A stretch of DNA of 64,000 bases from Raillietiella orientalis (Eukaryota). Shown piece by piece: positions 26,402 through 37,859 of the stretch. Location: assembly GCA_036172245.1 (NCBI GenBank), contig JAYWIR010000043.1:1-64000 (forward strand), in the 5' to 3' direction. Below the pieces are notes generated by a model, which was given only the letters and a program-made list of their open reading frames with translations, was not told the DNA's origin and made no database searches. Positions within the stretch are counted from its first letter, which is position 1. Each line of letters begins with the position of its first letter. A program made the position numbers and the translations under genes.

Positions 26402-27920
26402 TTTAGATTTTTCAGGTTCATTTCAATTTTACATTTAGTTGATTACCTTTTTGGAAGACAATATCTGGAATTTTTTGAAGATGAAGCTTTGTAGTGTGAG
26501 TGATACGGAAAACTAAAACTTTATAATTTGAATTGTTTCCTGGGAAACGAAACCTTTTACACCGAATTTTCTGTTGCTATGCCACAGTCTGCAATTCTTC
26601 AGTGTTGTATGTGTCATTCATTTCCTCAATTTCTAATACCGATGTTAGTTTTTGTTTTGTATTTAATATTGTTCAGCGGATTGCTTGAGAAATAAGTTTG
26701 GTTGACAGAGGTTCAGGACACATCGTTTTTTGGCTTGACTTCTTTGAAGTCGAACTCAGAAAAGGATCTCTACAATATAATTTTGCTCTCAAAGGGAGAA
26801 TTTGTTCTCGAGAATTTGCAACATGAATCATTTAAAGTTAAACTAGATTTTTTCTGACTTTCTGCCTTCCCTTGTACCAGCTGCTTTCTATGTTTGTGTG
26901 TGTTGGCTGTATTGCGAATGCAGTCTGCATAAGTTTAGGGTATCTTTCTTCTAATTTAAAGAACTGCTAAAAAGAGGAACCACAGTAAATTTATGCTTTA
27001 CCAAAGGACGCTGTTTTTCCACAATTGCTGGCTTATTTTGCTGTTTTTTCTTTCTTGTTTTAACGGGTTTCTCGGCAACGTAGCCTCCTTTCAGCGTCAT
27101 TGAGCTGTTCGTCTTTCACACGCTCAGTCCTTTATTTCTTCCAAAAGTGATGATCTACACTCCTTCGTATCTTTGCTCTGATTCTGCTCAGTTGATCCCT
27201 GAGAACGGACATCGTTGCTGCGGGAGAATTTCCTAATGCTCAGCCTCTTTTACTGGAATCTCTCAGGATCCCTCGGAACGTGCAGTGGTTGTTTCCTACA
27301 AACAGGAACCGGTGTACCTGTTCCATTGTTTGATCCTTGCTTTAGCCCAAGTGTAAATGGTTTACTGTATGCAGATGCTACTCTTATTCGGGAGACAGTT
27401 AATCTATCAAGAAATCTCCCGTTTAACGATTCACACCCTCGGAAGTGACACTCCACAGTGAGCGATGTAATGACGATGGAGTGCAGCGAAAAATGCAATT
27501 CCCTCGTTTCCCTAGCTTTGCTGAACGTGGTTCTGAGCAGAGACGTACAACTTCCTGTTCGATAACTTCGCCGCGAGGGCAACAAAGCTTATATGGAGCT
27601 TAAGCTGCTGCTGCTTTGGCATGAACAGGCTGAGAATGTCCACCTTACTGGGAGCGCACAAGTCCTTCAAATAAACACTGGACCTCTTTTCATTCCAAAA
27701 ATCACTCCCTTCCAAGTTCTATTCTCTCTTACTCTTTTGCGTTGGAAAACTTATTTAAACCATTTGATACAAGCGAGAAGCCAGGGATGTGTTTTACACC
27801 AATTCCCCTTTCTACAAAGAGAACAGTCATCCAGGAAAGGAGTGATCGACGTGTCAGTCTTCTAGAAGCTGAATCACGCCCGCGCATTTAAATAGATTCC
27901 CAACGGAACACCTCAGTACA

Positions 27921-29285
27921 TAAAGGACTTGTGCGCTTTGCGTCGGGACGGCGATCTCGGCCTACTGACGTTGGAGAGGCTGGAGCTAAAGCTCTAGTTC
28001 CGGATGTTGGCCGTTGTGCCGAAATTGCGTTGCACCTGCTGGTGTGTCCCTGCACGTCTCCTCGTGAACAAAGCCATCAAGAAAACAAGACTCACGTCCT
28101 TTCTTTCATTCCATCGCTCCCGCATCAACCGATGTGGGCCACAGCTGCTGACGGTAGTTGCCTTGCTTCGGAAAAACCACGGATTGATCTGTCGCCCGCA
28201 AACGGTAGTGCGAGGTTGCAGGAAACCGTTTGCACGTGGGCACACTGCGGCATGTAACGCTCCTTACAGGAACGACGGTTCCTCTTTGGGTGCTACAGAA
28301 GTTGCACGCTCCGAGAGATCCTAGAGGATTCGAGGAAGCGAGCGTGGTCAGGAAGAACCCCCCTCGCTGCTGCGCTGGCCTACCTAGTAGAAGATCAGGA
28401 CAGCGATGTTGTGGCGAAGTGGGAGGTGAAAGCAACCATCTCCGGAAAGGAGAAGAAGCAGAGACAGTGGAAGAATGGCCAGTAAACAGACGCTGTCACC
28501 CAGAGTACGCAATCCGATGGACTTCTGCGCTGTTGCGCGCTGCTCGGTATTCCCATTGAACGTCTGAAGTGGCCACCGGTGCTCATGAACACTTTCACCA
28601 ACCCCTTAAAATGGCAGAAGTGGGCTCTTCTGTTGCAGCATTGGGGACTCCCTTGCAACGCCCGCCGAAACCACTGGACCTGGGGAGAGGTCTATCCCGA
28701 CTGTGTTAAGTGTGGAAAACGAGAGTCCCTCACCCACCTCCCAGTAGATTGTGTTGCCATTCGGCCCCTTTAGTTTCGCTTTGCCGCTGCCATTGGTGTC
28801 CAATGGGGCAACCCTAGGGTCGCTTTGAATGCCCTCTTCGTTGCCGAAGCCCTTCAGCCAGCAGCCTTGATAGCGACCTTGTGCTGCCATCGCGGAAACG
28901 TCGCCGCATGGAACACGGCTACGGGAGGACCACGCGATAAGGAGGCCATGCAGGGCGCTGCTCAATTCCTGAAGAGGGCGTCGCAATGGCCCCACCTGGA
29001 TCCTTGAATGCAGGAGGAGCTTGCTGGCATTCTGAGAAGGATGATACGGCCTCTGCAGAAACAGTGATCCCTTCCCGTACACTCCCACTCTTCTTTTTCT
29101 TTTTGTTCAATTTTTTCTCTTTTCCCCTTTCCCCTGTTGCCTTGGTGGACCGTTCCGATCTGCAAACCGGTGACCCGGCATGTTCCGTGTTTCTTCGTGC
29201 GTGGCTGCAGCATTCCTACAGCCAATGACATATTTTTGTAAGGTGTATTTTTTAAATAAGCGACCCGGCGAAATCAGGGTGAAAA
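27921..29285 (+). mobile_element. 5'-truncated, decayed family B element
   Basis: Homologous to 2020-3263. LLQHWGLPCNARR and CVKC. 3' end CCCGGCGAAATCAGGGTGAAAA. Confidence 0.82.
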
Positions 29286-29304
29286 TCGAATGCTATACAC
29301 CCTC

Positions 29305-30947
29305 ACGGTGATGCGCTTTAAGAACCTTGGTGTGTCGTTGGATGACTCTTCCCCAGCGTATCGTGTTCCAGCAGCCTCCAAAAAGAAGAGAGGGCGATCA
29401 GCTTGTTCCTAGGCATCAGATTTTTCCTGCCGGAAAGGGCCGAGGTTTGTAACACGTTTGCGGCTCCTCTCTTTTGTTCCCTGCTTTTTGATTGCCCCCC
29501 GGAGGGAGGATAAAAAAGCGGAGAATGGTCCTCTACCGTATCGCCTTTTTGGGCAACAGGAGGGCGAAAGTCCGTTAAAAGGAATTGTGCGCTCCTCGTC
29601 TCAATGGCGGCATACGAATGCTAACGTTGGAGCGGCTGTAGCTTCAGCTACAGTTGCGTATGTTGGCCGTTGTACCGGAGTTGTGATGCACCTCCTGGTG
29701 TGTCCCTGCGCGTCTCCGCGTCACAGAAGCCACCGAGAAGATGAGACTCACGTCCTTTCTTTCACACCATCGCTCCCGCATCAACCGATGTGGGCTCCAG
29801 CTGCGGAGGGTGGCTACCTTGGTTCGGAAAAACCAGGGATGGATCACATATCGCCTAGCAAACAGTAGGCCTTGATTGCAGGAAATCATTCGCACGTGGG
29901 CACAGTGCGTCATACAACGCGATCAACATTAACGACGGTTCCTGTTTGGGTTTTACAGAAGTTACGCGCTCCGAGAGATCCTGGAGGATCCGAAGAAGCG
30001 AGCGTCGTAAGTAAGAACCCCCATTGCTGCTGCGCTGGCCTCCCTAAGAAAAGATCAGGACAGCGATGTTGCGGCGAAGTGGGAGGTTAATGTAACAATC
30101 TCCGAAGAAAAGAAGAAGCGAGGGAGAGTGGAAGACGGGCCAGTTAATATACGCTGCCATCAAGAGTACGCCTCCCAATGGACTTCTGCTCTAGGGCAGG
30201 CCGCTCGATGTTCCCATTGAACATCTGAAGTGACCCTCGGTGCTGATGAACACCTGGACCCTCCCTTTAAAATGGCGGAAGTCGGCTATACTGTTGCGGC
30301 ACTGGGAACTCCCCTACAACGCGCGTCGACTACTCTGGACCTGGGACGCGGTCGATCCCAACTGTTAGGTGTGGGGAACGGGAGACCCTCCCCCACCTTT
30401 CAATGGATTGTGTTGCCCTTTGGCCCCTTTGGTTACGCTTTGCCGCGGCCATCGGTATTCAATGTTGCAACCCCATGGACGCATTGAAAGCCCTTAACTT
30501 TGCCGACTCCCTGCAGCATTCGGCTGCGTTAGCAGCCCTGTGCCTTTGCGGGATCGTCGCCGCTTGCAGCAAGGCAACGGAAGGACCTTGCGATAAGGGT
30601 GATATCCGAAACATCGCCTAATTATTGAGGAGGGCGTCCAGATGGCCCCACCTGGATCATGGATTGCAGAAAGAGCTTGCCGATATGCAGCCAAGGATGC
30701 AGCGGTCCTAGCAGCAACTGTGCTCCTTTCCTGCGCTCTCTCAATTTTTTTTTTTTCTCGTTTTTTTTTTTTTCTCGTTTCGTTTATCTCCTTTTTCTCT
30801 GCTGCCGTGTTGGTCCGTGCTGGTCTGCGAACCGGTGCCCTGCATTCTCCGTGTTTCTTCATGCGTGGCTAGAAAACTGCTCCTGCTGCAGCACGTCTTT
30901 GTGAAGCTTATCTTTTAATGAACGACCCGGCGAAACCTGGGTGAAAA
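29305..30947 (+). mobile_element. Second 5'-truncated family B element, in tandem
   Basis: Starts near FKNLGV and is homologous to the previous copy. 3' end CCCGGCGAAACCTGGGTGAAAA. Confidence 0.82.
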
Positions 30948-33900
30948 TTGAAGGCTTTTCTCAAATCGACCACCACTGCAATGGCTCCGGATTCCGCTTT
31001 CCTTACTCAGCCATCTTTCCTTTTCTCTTTTCGGGAGAGAATGCAGGATTCAGTTGACAAACCTGCGAATCGCCGTCTTGCAACTGCCAAAATTTACCGG
31101 CGCAAAACCGGTTTGCTTCAACATGGTTCGTCCGGCAACAGCTATGCACTTCTCCGGACTCTCCACTGATTTTGCTATTTGTCTCTATCCCTCATTTCCT
31201 TGTTTTGCAAGCTGCTTTGCAACCCCGTTTCCTGTCATTTGACGACAGTTGCCTCTCTTGTGCAGATCTCCTCCTTTGAAGCGGAGTCGTACTCTAGTGA
31301 CCGAAACGAGTTAGGGACGACCTCAGTCGCTCACGGATCAGTAGCCATACTGCCATTAAGCAGCAGTCATTTGTGCACCAGGGAGATATGCTATGCCACA
31401 TAGAATTGATTAGACTACGCAGGCAGGCCGTTTTCCACCCGTGCTTTCAATCGACGATGGCGGAGGCGATCTCAGCCATCGTCAGATCTTGCTTTACGGT
31501 GTTCTCCACTTGCTTCCTCGATGAGGGCACGCCGTGTGGAAGCAGACTGCCCAAAATCGCCCTCATGTGCTCTTCTCTCGTGGAAGGAGCAGTAGACGTC
31601 CCGCAAAATACCTACCTGACGAGTCGGAACAGTGCGTCACTGCTGTACTGGATTCGTGTGTTTCGAAAATGGAGGCATTTTCCGGAACGGACCGTGTTGA
31701 CTCGACTACCTTTAGAAAATACTAGCTTCGGCCTCCAGAGGAAATGAAAAAAGAATACCGTTTCTCTGGCAGCAAAATAACCATGGAGAAGGCTGGCAAC
31801 ACTTTCTTCATTTTCAGCATTTTTCGAGAGACTCATATTAAGTCTCGCATTCAAGCCATTAGTCAAGAACATAAAATCCACTTTCGCATTCAGTCTTTAA
31901 TTCTATGTGTTTTTACAAACGGATGCCAGTGGAAAGGATTTTGTAAATACGGACCACATAACCTTGCATTCTGCAAGAGCATGGCTGCGCTCTTCTTTTT
32001 CTTGCAGTCAACCTTCTCTACGTCCAACTAGTTCCCTGTACAAACTCCCTGTTCAAATACCTTCCTTCGTGATACCGTGTTTGCTCTTTTCCGGAACCGC
32101 AATCTCATAACTGACTTTGTAAACATGCAGGAACGCAGTTCACCATCCTGCTAAGCTTTGCAACTTTTCTTTGCTTCCCAGGACGGGCTTTAGACATTCC
32201 TCCGCCAATGCTCGTGTCCTTAATTTCGCCGTCCGTCACCCTTAGGCCAGTTTCTTCCTCGGCTGCCTATGCTTCGCTTCACGCAAGCAGCCTACTGGGG
32301 TTCCCCAGCTATATGTAGGTGGCGGTGGCTTTTGTGACGTTGGATGCAAACGTGTCCTACCTGTAACTTTTCAACCACGTCAGCATACCAAGTCATTCGG
32401 CACACCTTCTCCGAGTTCTTCTTCGCATTACCTGCAATATGCAGCACTTCTTCTACCTTGGCTCGATCCCAGGCAGCTAGATTGCCAAAGACGCGAACTG
32501 GCGCTGCGAATTCTCTTTCCACTCTGTCCTGCTGGACCGTTCCTTGCTTCCCTGTATTTTTCCTATCTCAGCGCCCGCACTTCCGTCGCATTCACATTGC
32601 TCACGTCGCAACGGAAAGCATTTGCAATTGGTGAGAATTTCGGTTCACCTATGCATCAACCTCCAATGTCGACACCCTGAGAATGTACCCGGTCACCCCG
32701 AACATATTTACGTGCCGTCAAACGCTTCATTTTCCTCAGTTCCCTTCAAGTGCATACCCATTATGTCCACGCAATTCGAAAACTACAAGCCCTTTGTCTT
32801 ATAAACATGAATCTCCGAGTATGATGCATCCATCCATTACGTTCCTATTACCGAATAATGCCCCCTTTTCCAGTGAGAAGTCACGACGCAAACCATGAAC
32901 CCAAGAATATTTAATTTGCGCACATCTCCTCTACCCAACCTCGCAACCGCTACATGGAGGCCATTTATTCTCCTTCCCTGAGAGCAAGCACCCATCCACA
33001 TATAGGGGTTCCCATCCAGGAGATTCACGCATTCCAGGAAACTTGCTTAGCTCTAGAGCAAATCAGCCTCTTTTTTTACTGTTTACTCGTTTGGGGATCG
33101 TGAACAAGAACGGAAAAAGCGAATCCATCTCTTTCTTTCTCCCCTTGAACCCTTCCTCCTTCCTTTTGAATGCCGCAACCGTATGCGACTGGGAACGTCA
33201 TGCCGACATCCAATGTGGATCCCCTACGATTCCTTCCGGCTAAGGAGAAATCAATCGAAATGCAGCACGACAACCTGTTGGTTGCTGCGTCTTTGCACTT
33301 TGGCAATTGCAAGAAATGAAGTGTGCCAGCCGGATCTGCATAGCGAAAAACGCGGTAAATCGTTCTGCCTCTCCTTTAGTTGTGGTTTGTCATCTGTTAA
33401 GTAAAGGAACCATGGAAACGCCTGCGCGGCTTCCATTTTTCATTTTTAAATCCAAATCCCCAGTAGCAGGATGGACTGCTTAGGCGGCCAAATCTGCCAT
33501 CCTACCTACAGGGTTGTTCTGCTCCTTCTTAGGAGCAGAAACGATAAGGCTTTGGACAATATCAAGATTTTGCAGAAAACACAAATGTCCATCGCACTGG
33601 TGGAAATCCTGGATAGAAAGCGGAAAATCGAGATAAAACGGGGCATCCTTTTTAGAAGCGCCGAGGTCCTCCATCAGTACCGCAACGTCACAAGGGAGTT
33701 CACAAAAAAATCCAAGAACACCGAGTGGCCACCAGTCTCCCGGATTCTTTCCAAGCTAATTTCAGTACATCACCGTAGGCAGAAAGCATTGCAAGCGAGA
33801 GTGCACCGCCCAGGCAAAGCACCGTCCAACGGTGGTCATGGGGGTACAGCTTCTTGATGATCGTGGGCTGGTCAATCCAGGCTGCCTACTCTGCTGATAT

Positions 33901-34600
33901 TCCCGTTTTCCCCTTTGGCACCTCACGAATTGGTTGCAATCTTGCCGGTTAGCAGCAAGCAGTAATGCCCTTCCTTCTCCAACATCGGATGGTCACTTTG
34001 ATCAGGAAATTGCACGTCTTTTCGCCTTGTTTTTCCTCCTTTGTCAGCCTCCGCAATATCAACATTCTGCAATAGACGATAAACAGTTCTAAACATGCGC
34101 TCGCGGCGGATTGTATCGAGCACATCTTGATTACAGGAAGAATTGCCTGGGCGCCGGGACGCAGCATGCATAAATCTTCGAGAAGCCAAAGTTACATGTG
34201 CTGCTGCCACCTTACTATTACTGCCAGTTCTCTGGCTCCGAATAGAACATAGGCCGTCAGCCATCACTGTCATGTTGGCGACCACAACGCTGGCAAAAAA
34301 AATTTCCATCTCTTTGAAGTGTCACAGCACGTAACTGTGGATGCTCTGCGCCTCGTTTCCTCCGCTTAGCAGAAAGACTACGTTTCCTTACAGCTCCTGA
34401 TGATATCTCACATATGCAGTAGTCCATTCCGCCGTGTTTTCGAGGATAGCGAAAAGAAGCTGTTGATTTGCGTCTTCCGCTGCTCCAGGAGTACGATAAT
34501 CCCTTACTCCCTGCACATTGGTTCTACGTCAAATAGTCCCGTTTCGGCGTGCGCGCTCTTCAGGACAGTCAGCAACGACCTCGATTCTTGCTCGTGCTCA
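30948..34600 (-). pseudogene. Decayed L1/Tx1 host: ORF1 remnant, EN remnant and RT N-terminus up to KAFN
   Basis: GAIAVVVDLRKAFN at 30988-30947, VPNSFRS...KGGDL near 31320-31260, and AAAHVTL (ORF1-like) near 34200. Confidence 0.55.
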
Positions 34601-36250
34601 ACAAAGAACGTCACAAAAGCGGCAACTCACATTCCACTGACCCGCATCCGCATGTCAACTGGATCCAAAAATTCCAAGAAGCCTGCGCAAACCTGGTTCC
34701 TGGTCGGCTAGAAACCCGATTTAGGCAGCAGCCGCATGCATTTCCCGTGGTTGCCGGGATGCGGTTCAGTACTTCACCCCATTCCCACCGCGTTCTTTGA
34801 CCACACTCCCATCCGAAAGCGGAATGCTTAAACCTGCTGACGTCCCTGCACTTCCATCCTACGGAGTGGAAGGATTCCACTCATCTTCCGCAAACACCAG
34901 AGTGATGCCCTGCGGGCTTTATTAATCGCAACGCGCAGCGCACTCCTGACATCGCGCTTCATTGCGCGCGATCGTGCAGCGCTCCTTATCATCCTTCCCA
35001 GCATATTCACGCTATCATTCCGTCTTCGTTGGCGAGGCAAACGTTTACCGCAAAGCTGCAGGCGTCCCTGACCAACATCAGCAGCATCAGGTGCACCGTA
35101 GTCCACAAGAAGGATTGTCGCTCATCGGAAGCATGGCCACGAATTTCCTAGGTGCCAGGGTGGAAGCCAGTGCGCCGGCAGCAGGATGGCAGCCTCGCGT
35201 GCCGAGCGCGCGCTCGTGCGTTGCTGTGCGCGTGCGCGACCTCCGCTCTACTCCGCCGTGTCTCGGCGCGCCGCTCTCGCCTCTAGCCTCTCTCCGAACA
35301 GGCATGCGAGGAAAGGAGCGTTGATAGCAAGCTGGCTGTGGGCGGTGAGGCAGGTGCTTTTCGATTTTTCCTTCAGCCCTGTGGCCAATTTCTCCTTGTG
35401 GTGGTGCCTTAACCTGCCAAGGAAGTCCACTATCCTCTCACTCTTTCGATGTTGGTGCCCAATGCCGCAGTCGCACAACCAGCTGCACCGCTTGCAAAAG
35501 GAGGCGCATTTCTTCGATGCACCTGTCGACTTTGCACCTTCATGTACTTAAGCAACGTCTTCCTTCGGGTAGCAGCCGCCGATGCCTTGACGCTCGATTC
35601 TCAGCCTGCCAATTTTGCCGTCGACATGAAATCCAACCAAAACGACGGTTTTCATGGTTTGGTTTCCCCTCCGATGGAAAGAAAATCAAGAGGAGACTTC
35701 GTGCGTGCATTTTCGTTCTTCTGCTTAGGCCACCCACTATTTCCGCAAACTAGTGATCATGGGCTGCAATCTGCCGCTCTCAGCACGAAAGTTCACTACA
35801 GGACCCATTTGCGGGGAAGGAGTTCACAGTGCAATTTGCATACCTCGCAACCAACCCTATTACCAGTATTCAAATGCCTAATGGAAACGGTTTTGCTTTC
35901 CCACTGCAGGGCACGGATCTGGCTGTGGTTTCCGATTGCACTAGCAAACTGGGAATGACATGCGCGACTCACCTTGCGGCTGCTGGCTTCCTCTCTCCTT
36001 TCACAATTGCTTTAGGTAAAAATGTACCCTTCGTGCGTAATGCGAGCTCCCCTTATCTTCATAGGAACAAGGATTCCTACGCTTGGAATCGCTGGCGGCG
36101 TCGAATCGGATTGAGATGGTTAGCAAAGCTCGTGCATACTTTTGGTCGGAATACAAAACTTGGGGAGAATTTCCTTTCATTATCACCTTATCTCCGTCTC
36201 CCCCTTTCAACGTTTTCTGCGTATTTCATGCTCAGAGATCAGTAAATGGG

Positions 36251-37859
36251 TTTTTCACTCTCTTAAGCGTGCGAATTTATCATCAAAGACTTTCAATAAT
36301 GCAGAATTTTATAATAAAGTCTCGAGGTTCTTTCAGACACAACACATGGTCCCTCCTATGAGGAACATGTGACTTTACTAGCATTCGAAACGCTTAAGTC
36401 TTTTTCGCAAGCAAAGTGGGAGAGGGGGAGTAAGCAAAACAAGACAAATACTTGAGGGGAAAACAATGTTTCACTGGAAGCGGATGGAAGAGAAATGATC
36501 ACAGATCGTCGGCAGAGGCTCTCTGCACCCAATGTTGGAAGCAGACAACTGCCCGTTGGAATGACCTTAGCCAACGCCATCGGCAAACGTTCTAAATGAA
36601 GATGGCTGCCCAGTGTATGACATTCCGGGTCTTCTGACTTATCGTGTATGCAGTCCATTTGTCCAGGATTCTGCGTATGCAACAGATAACTGCTACACAC
36701 CCGGTTGCTGTGGAGAATCACGCTTCAAGATCCATAAAAAATTGAAGATTTGGTCGATCCATCGATGACGGTCGATTCCACACGGGACCATGAACAACAC
36801 ACTTCATGAATAGGGTCGTGAGAAATTCCCATATCCCGCATACTGCACAATTAATATCGACACTTCCCACGTTTTCCAACGTCCAGTGGTGGCAATGCAC
36901 ATTCCAGGGAACATCACAGTGCAACAACAGCAGCGCCGTTTCCTGCCACTTTAGGGGGAGGGTGGATCAGTCTCTGAATGCCAGGAGCCACTTTAAATCT
37001 TCCAGCTAGATGCCCAGCAGCTCTCTCCATCTTCTAATTTTTCGCGGAAGGACGCTTCGGGTGGCGCCGTCAGTTTGTTCATGGTCCAGTCGCTTCACAG
37101 CTTCTTGCCTGCTATGCGGCAGGAGATTTGTCAACTCGGCTTTTGGCTGATGACGCGCACCCTCTTCGAGAAAGTCAACGCTGTAGTGAGTGGGGTCGTC
37201 TCCGCCCACATGCTTCTGCAGACAAACTCCAGCATGTTCAGCATCGTCCATCCGTTCCTGTGAGTGAAATTTGGCTTGTAGGAACGCACCGATCGCAAAG
37301 TTCACCTCTTCCAGGAGGTCGGACCAGTCCTGTGCCGCACGTATGTCTCCCTACATAAAGCATTCATACTTGGAACACATGCCTCTGGGTAACCTTCAGC
37401 GCTCCCAGTACGACCGTCAATCCCACGCCGAAAAGAAAGCAACGATTTAAGAATTCGGCCTCTCCAGCAGCAGGCTCGTACAGCAGCGTAGCTGCTCCAA
37501 CAAGTCCTCGAGCGCAGATGCCGGCCTAGTCCAGGGTAACAACAGCAGAACATCGTCTGCATAGGCCGACACGGAAGGTGTGCTTGGAAATGATCTCAGC
37601 AGGATCGCGAATGTCTTCCTGCCCTCTCCCAGCTTTAGCTAAAAGTAGATGTTGAGAAGCAATAGGCTTAGACTGTCACCCTGCTTTATACTATCCGACT
37701 AGGCAGGCTGTACGCTGTCCGATATTTAAAATTCATACCTTAGGACGCCAGTCGCATGCGGCACCGCATTTAGTGAAAGAATAAAACCCGTAATTGCATG
37801 CGCTCTAGGAAATTCAGAACGATATTTTGGTCGACGCACTCGAACGCTTTACGCCGGTT
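36251..37859 (-). pseudogene. Decayed family C-like ORF2 from KAFE to the 3' end
   Basis: RKAFECVDQN at 37853-37824, QGDSLS near 37680, VSAYADDVLL near 37560, RNVIHWA near 36620, and a degenerate GTGAAAAA end at 36251. Confidence 0.7.

Larger units (their letters stand above)
24230..27920 (-). repeat. Diverged duplicate of about 15890-19650
   Basis: Colinear matches, for example 15985-16070 with 24317-24400, 16630-16680 with 24958-25010, and 19315-19390 with 27475-27550. Confidence 0.75.
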
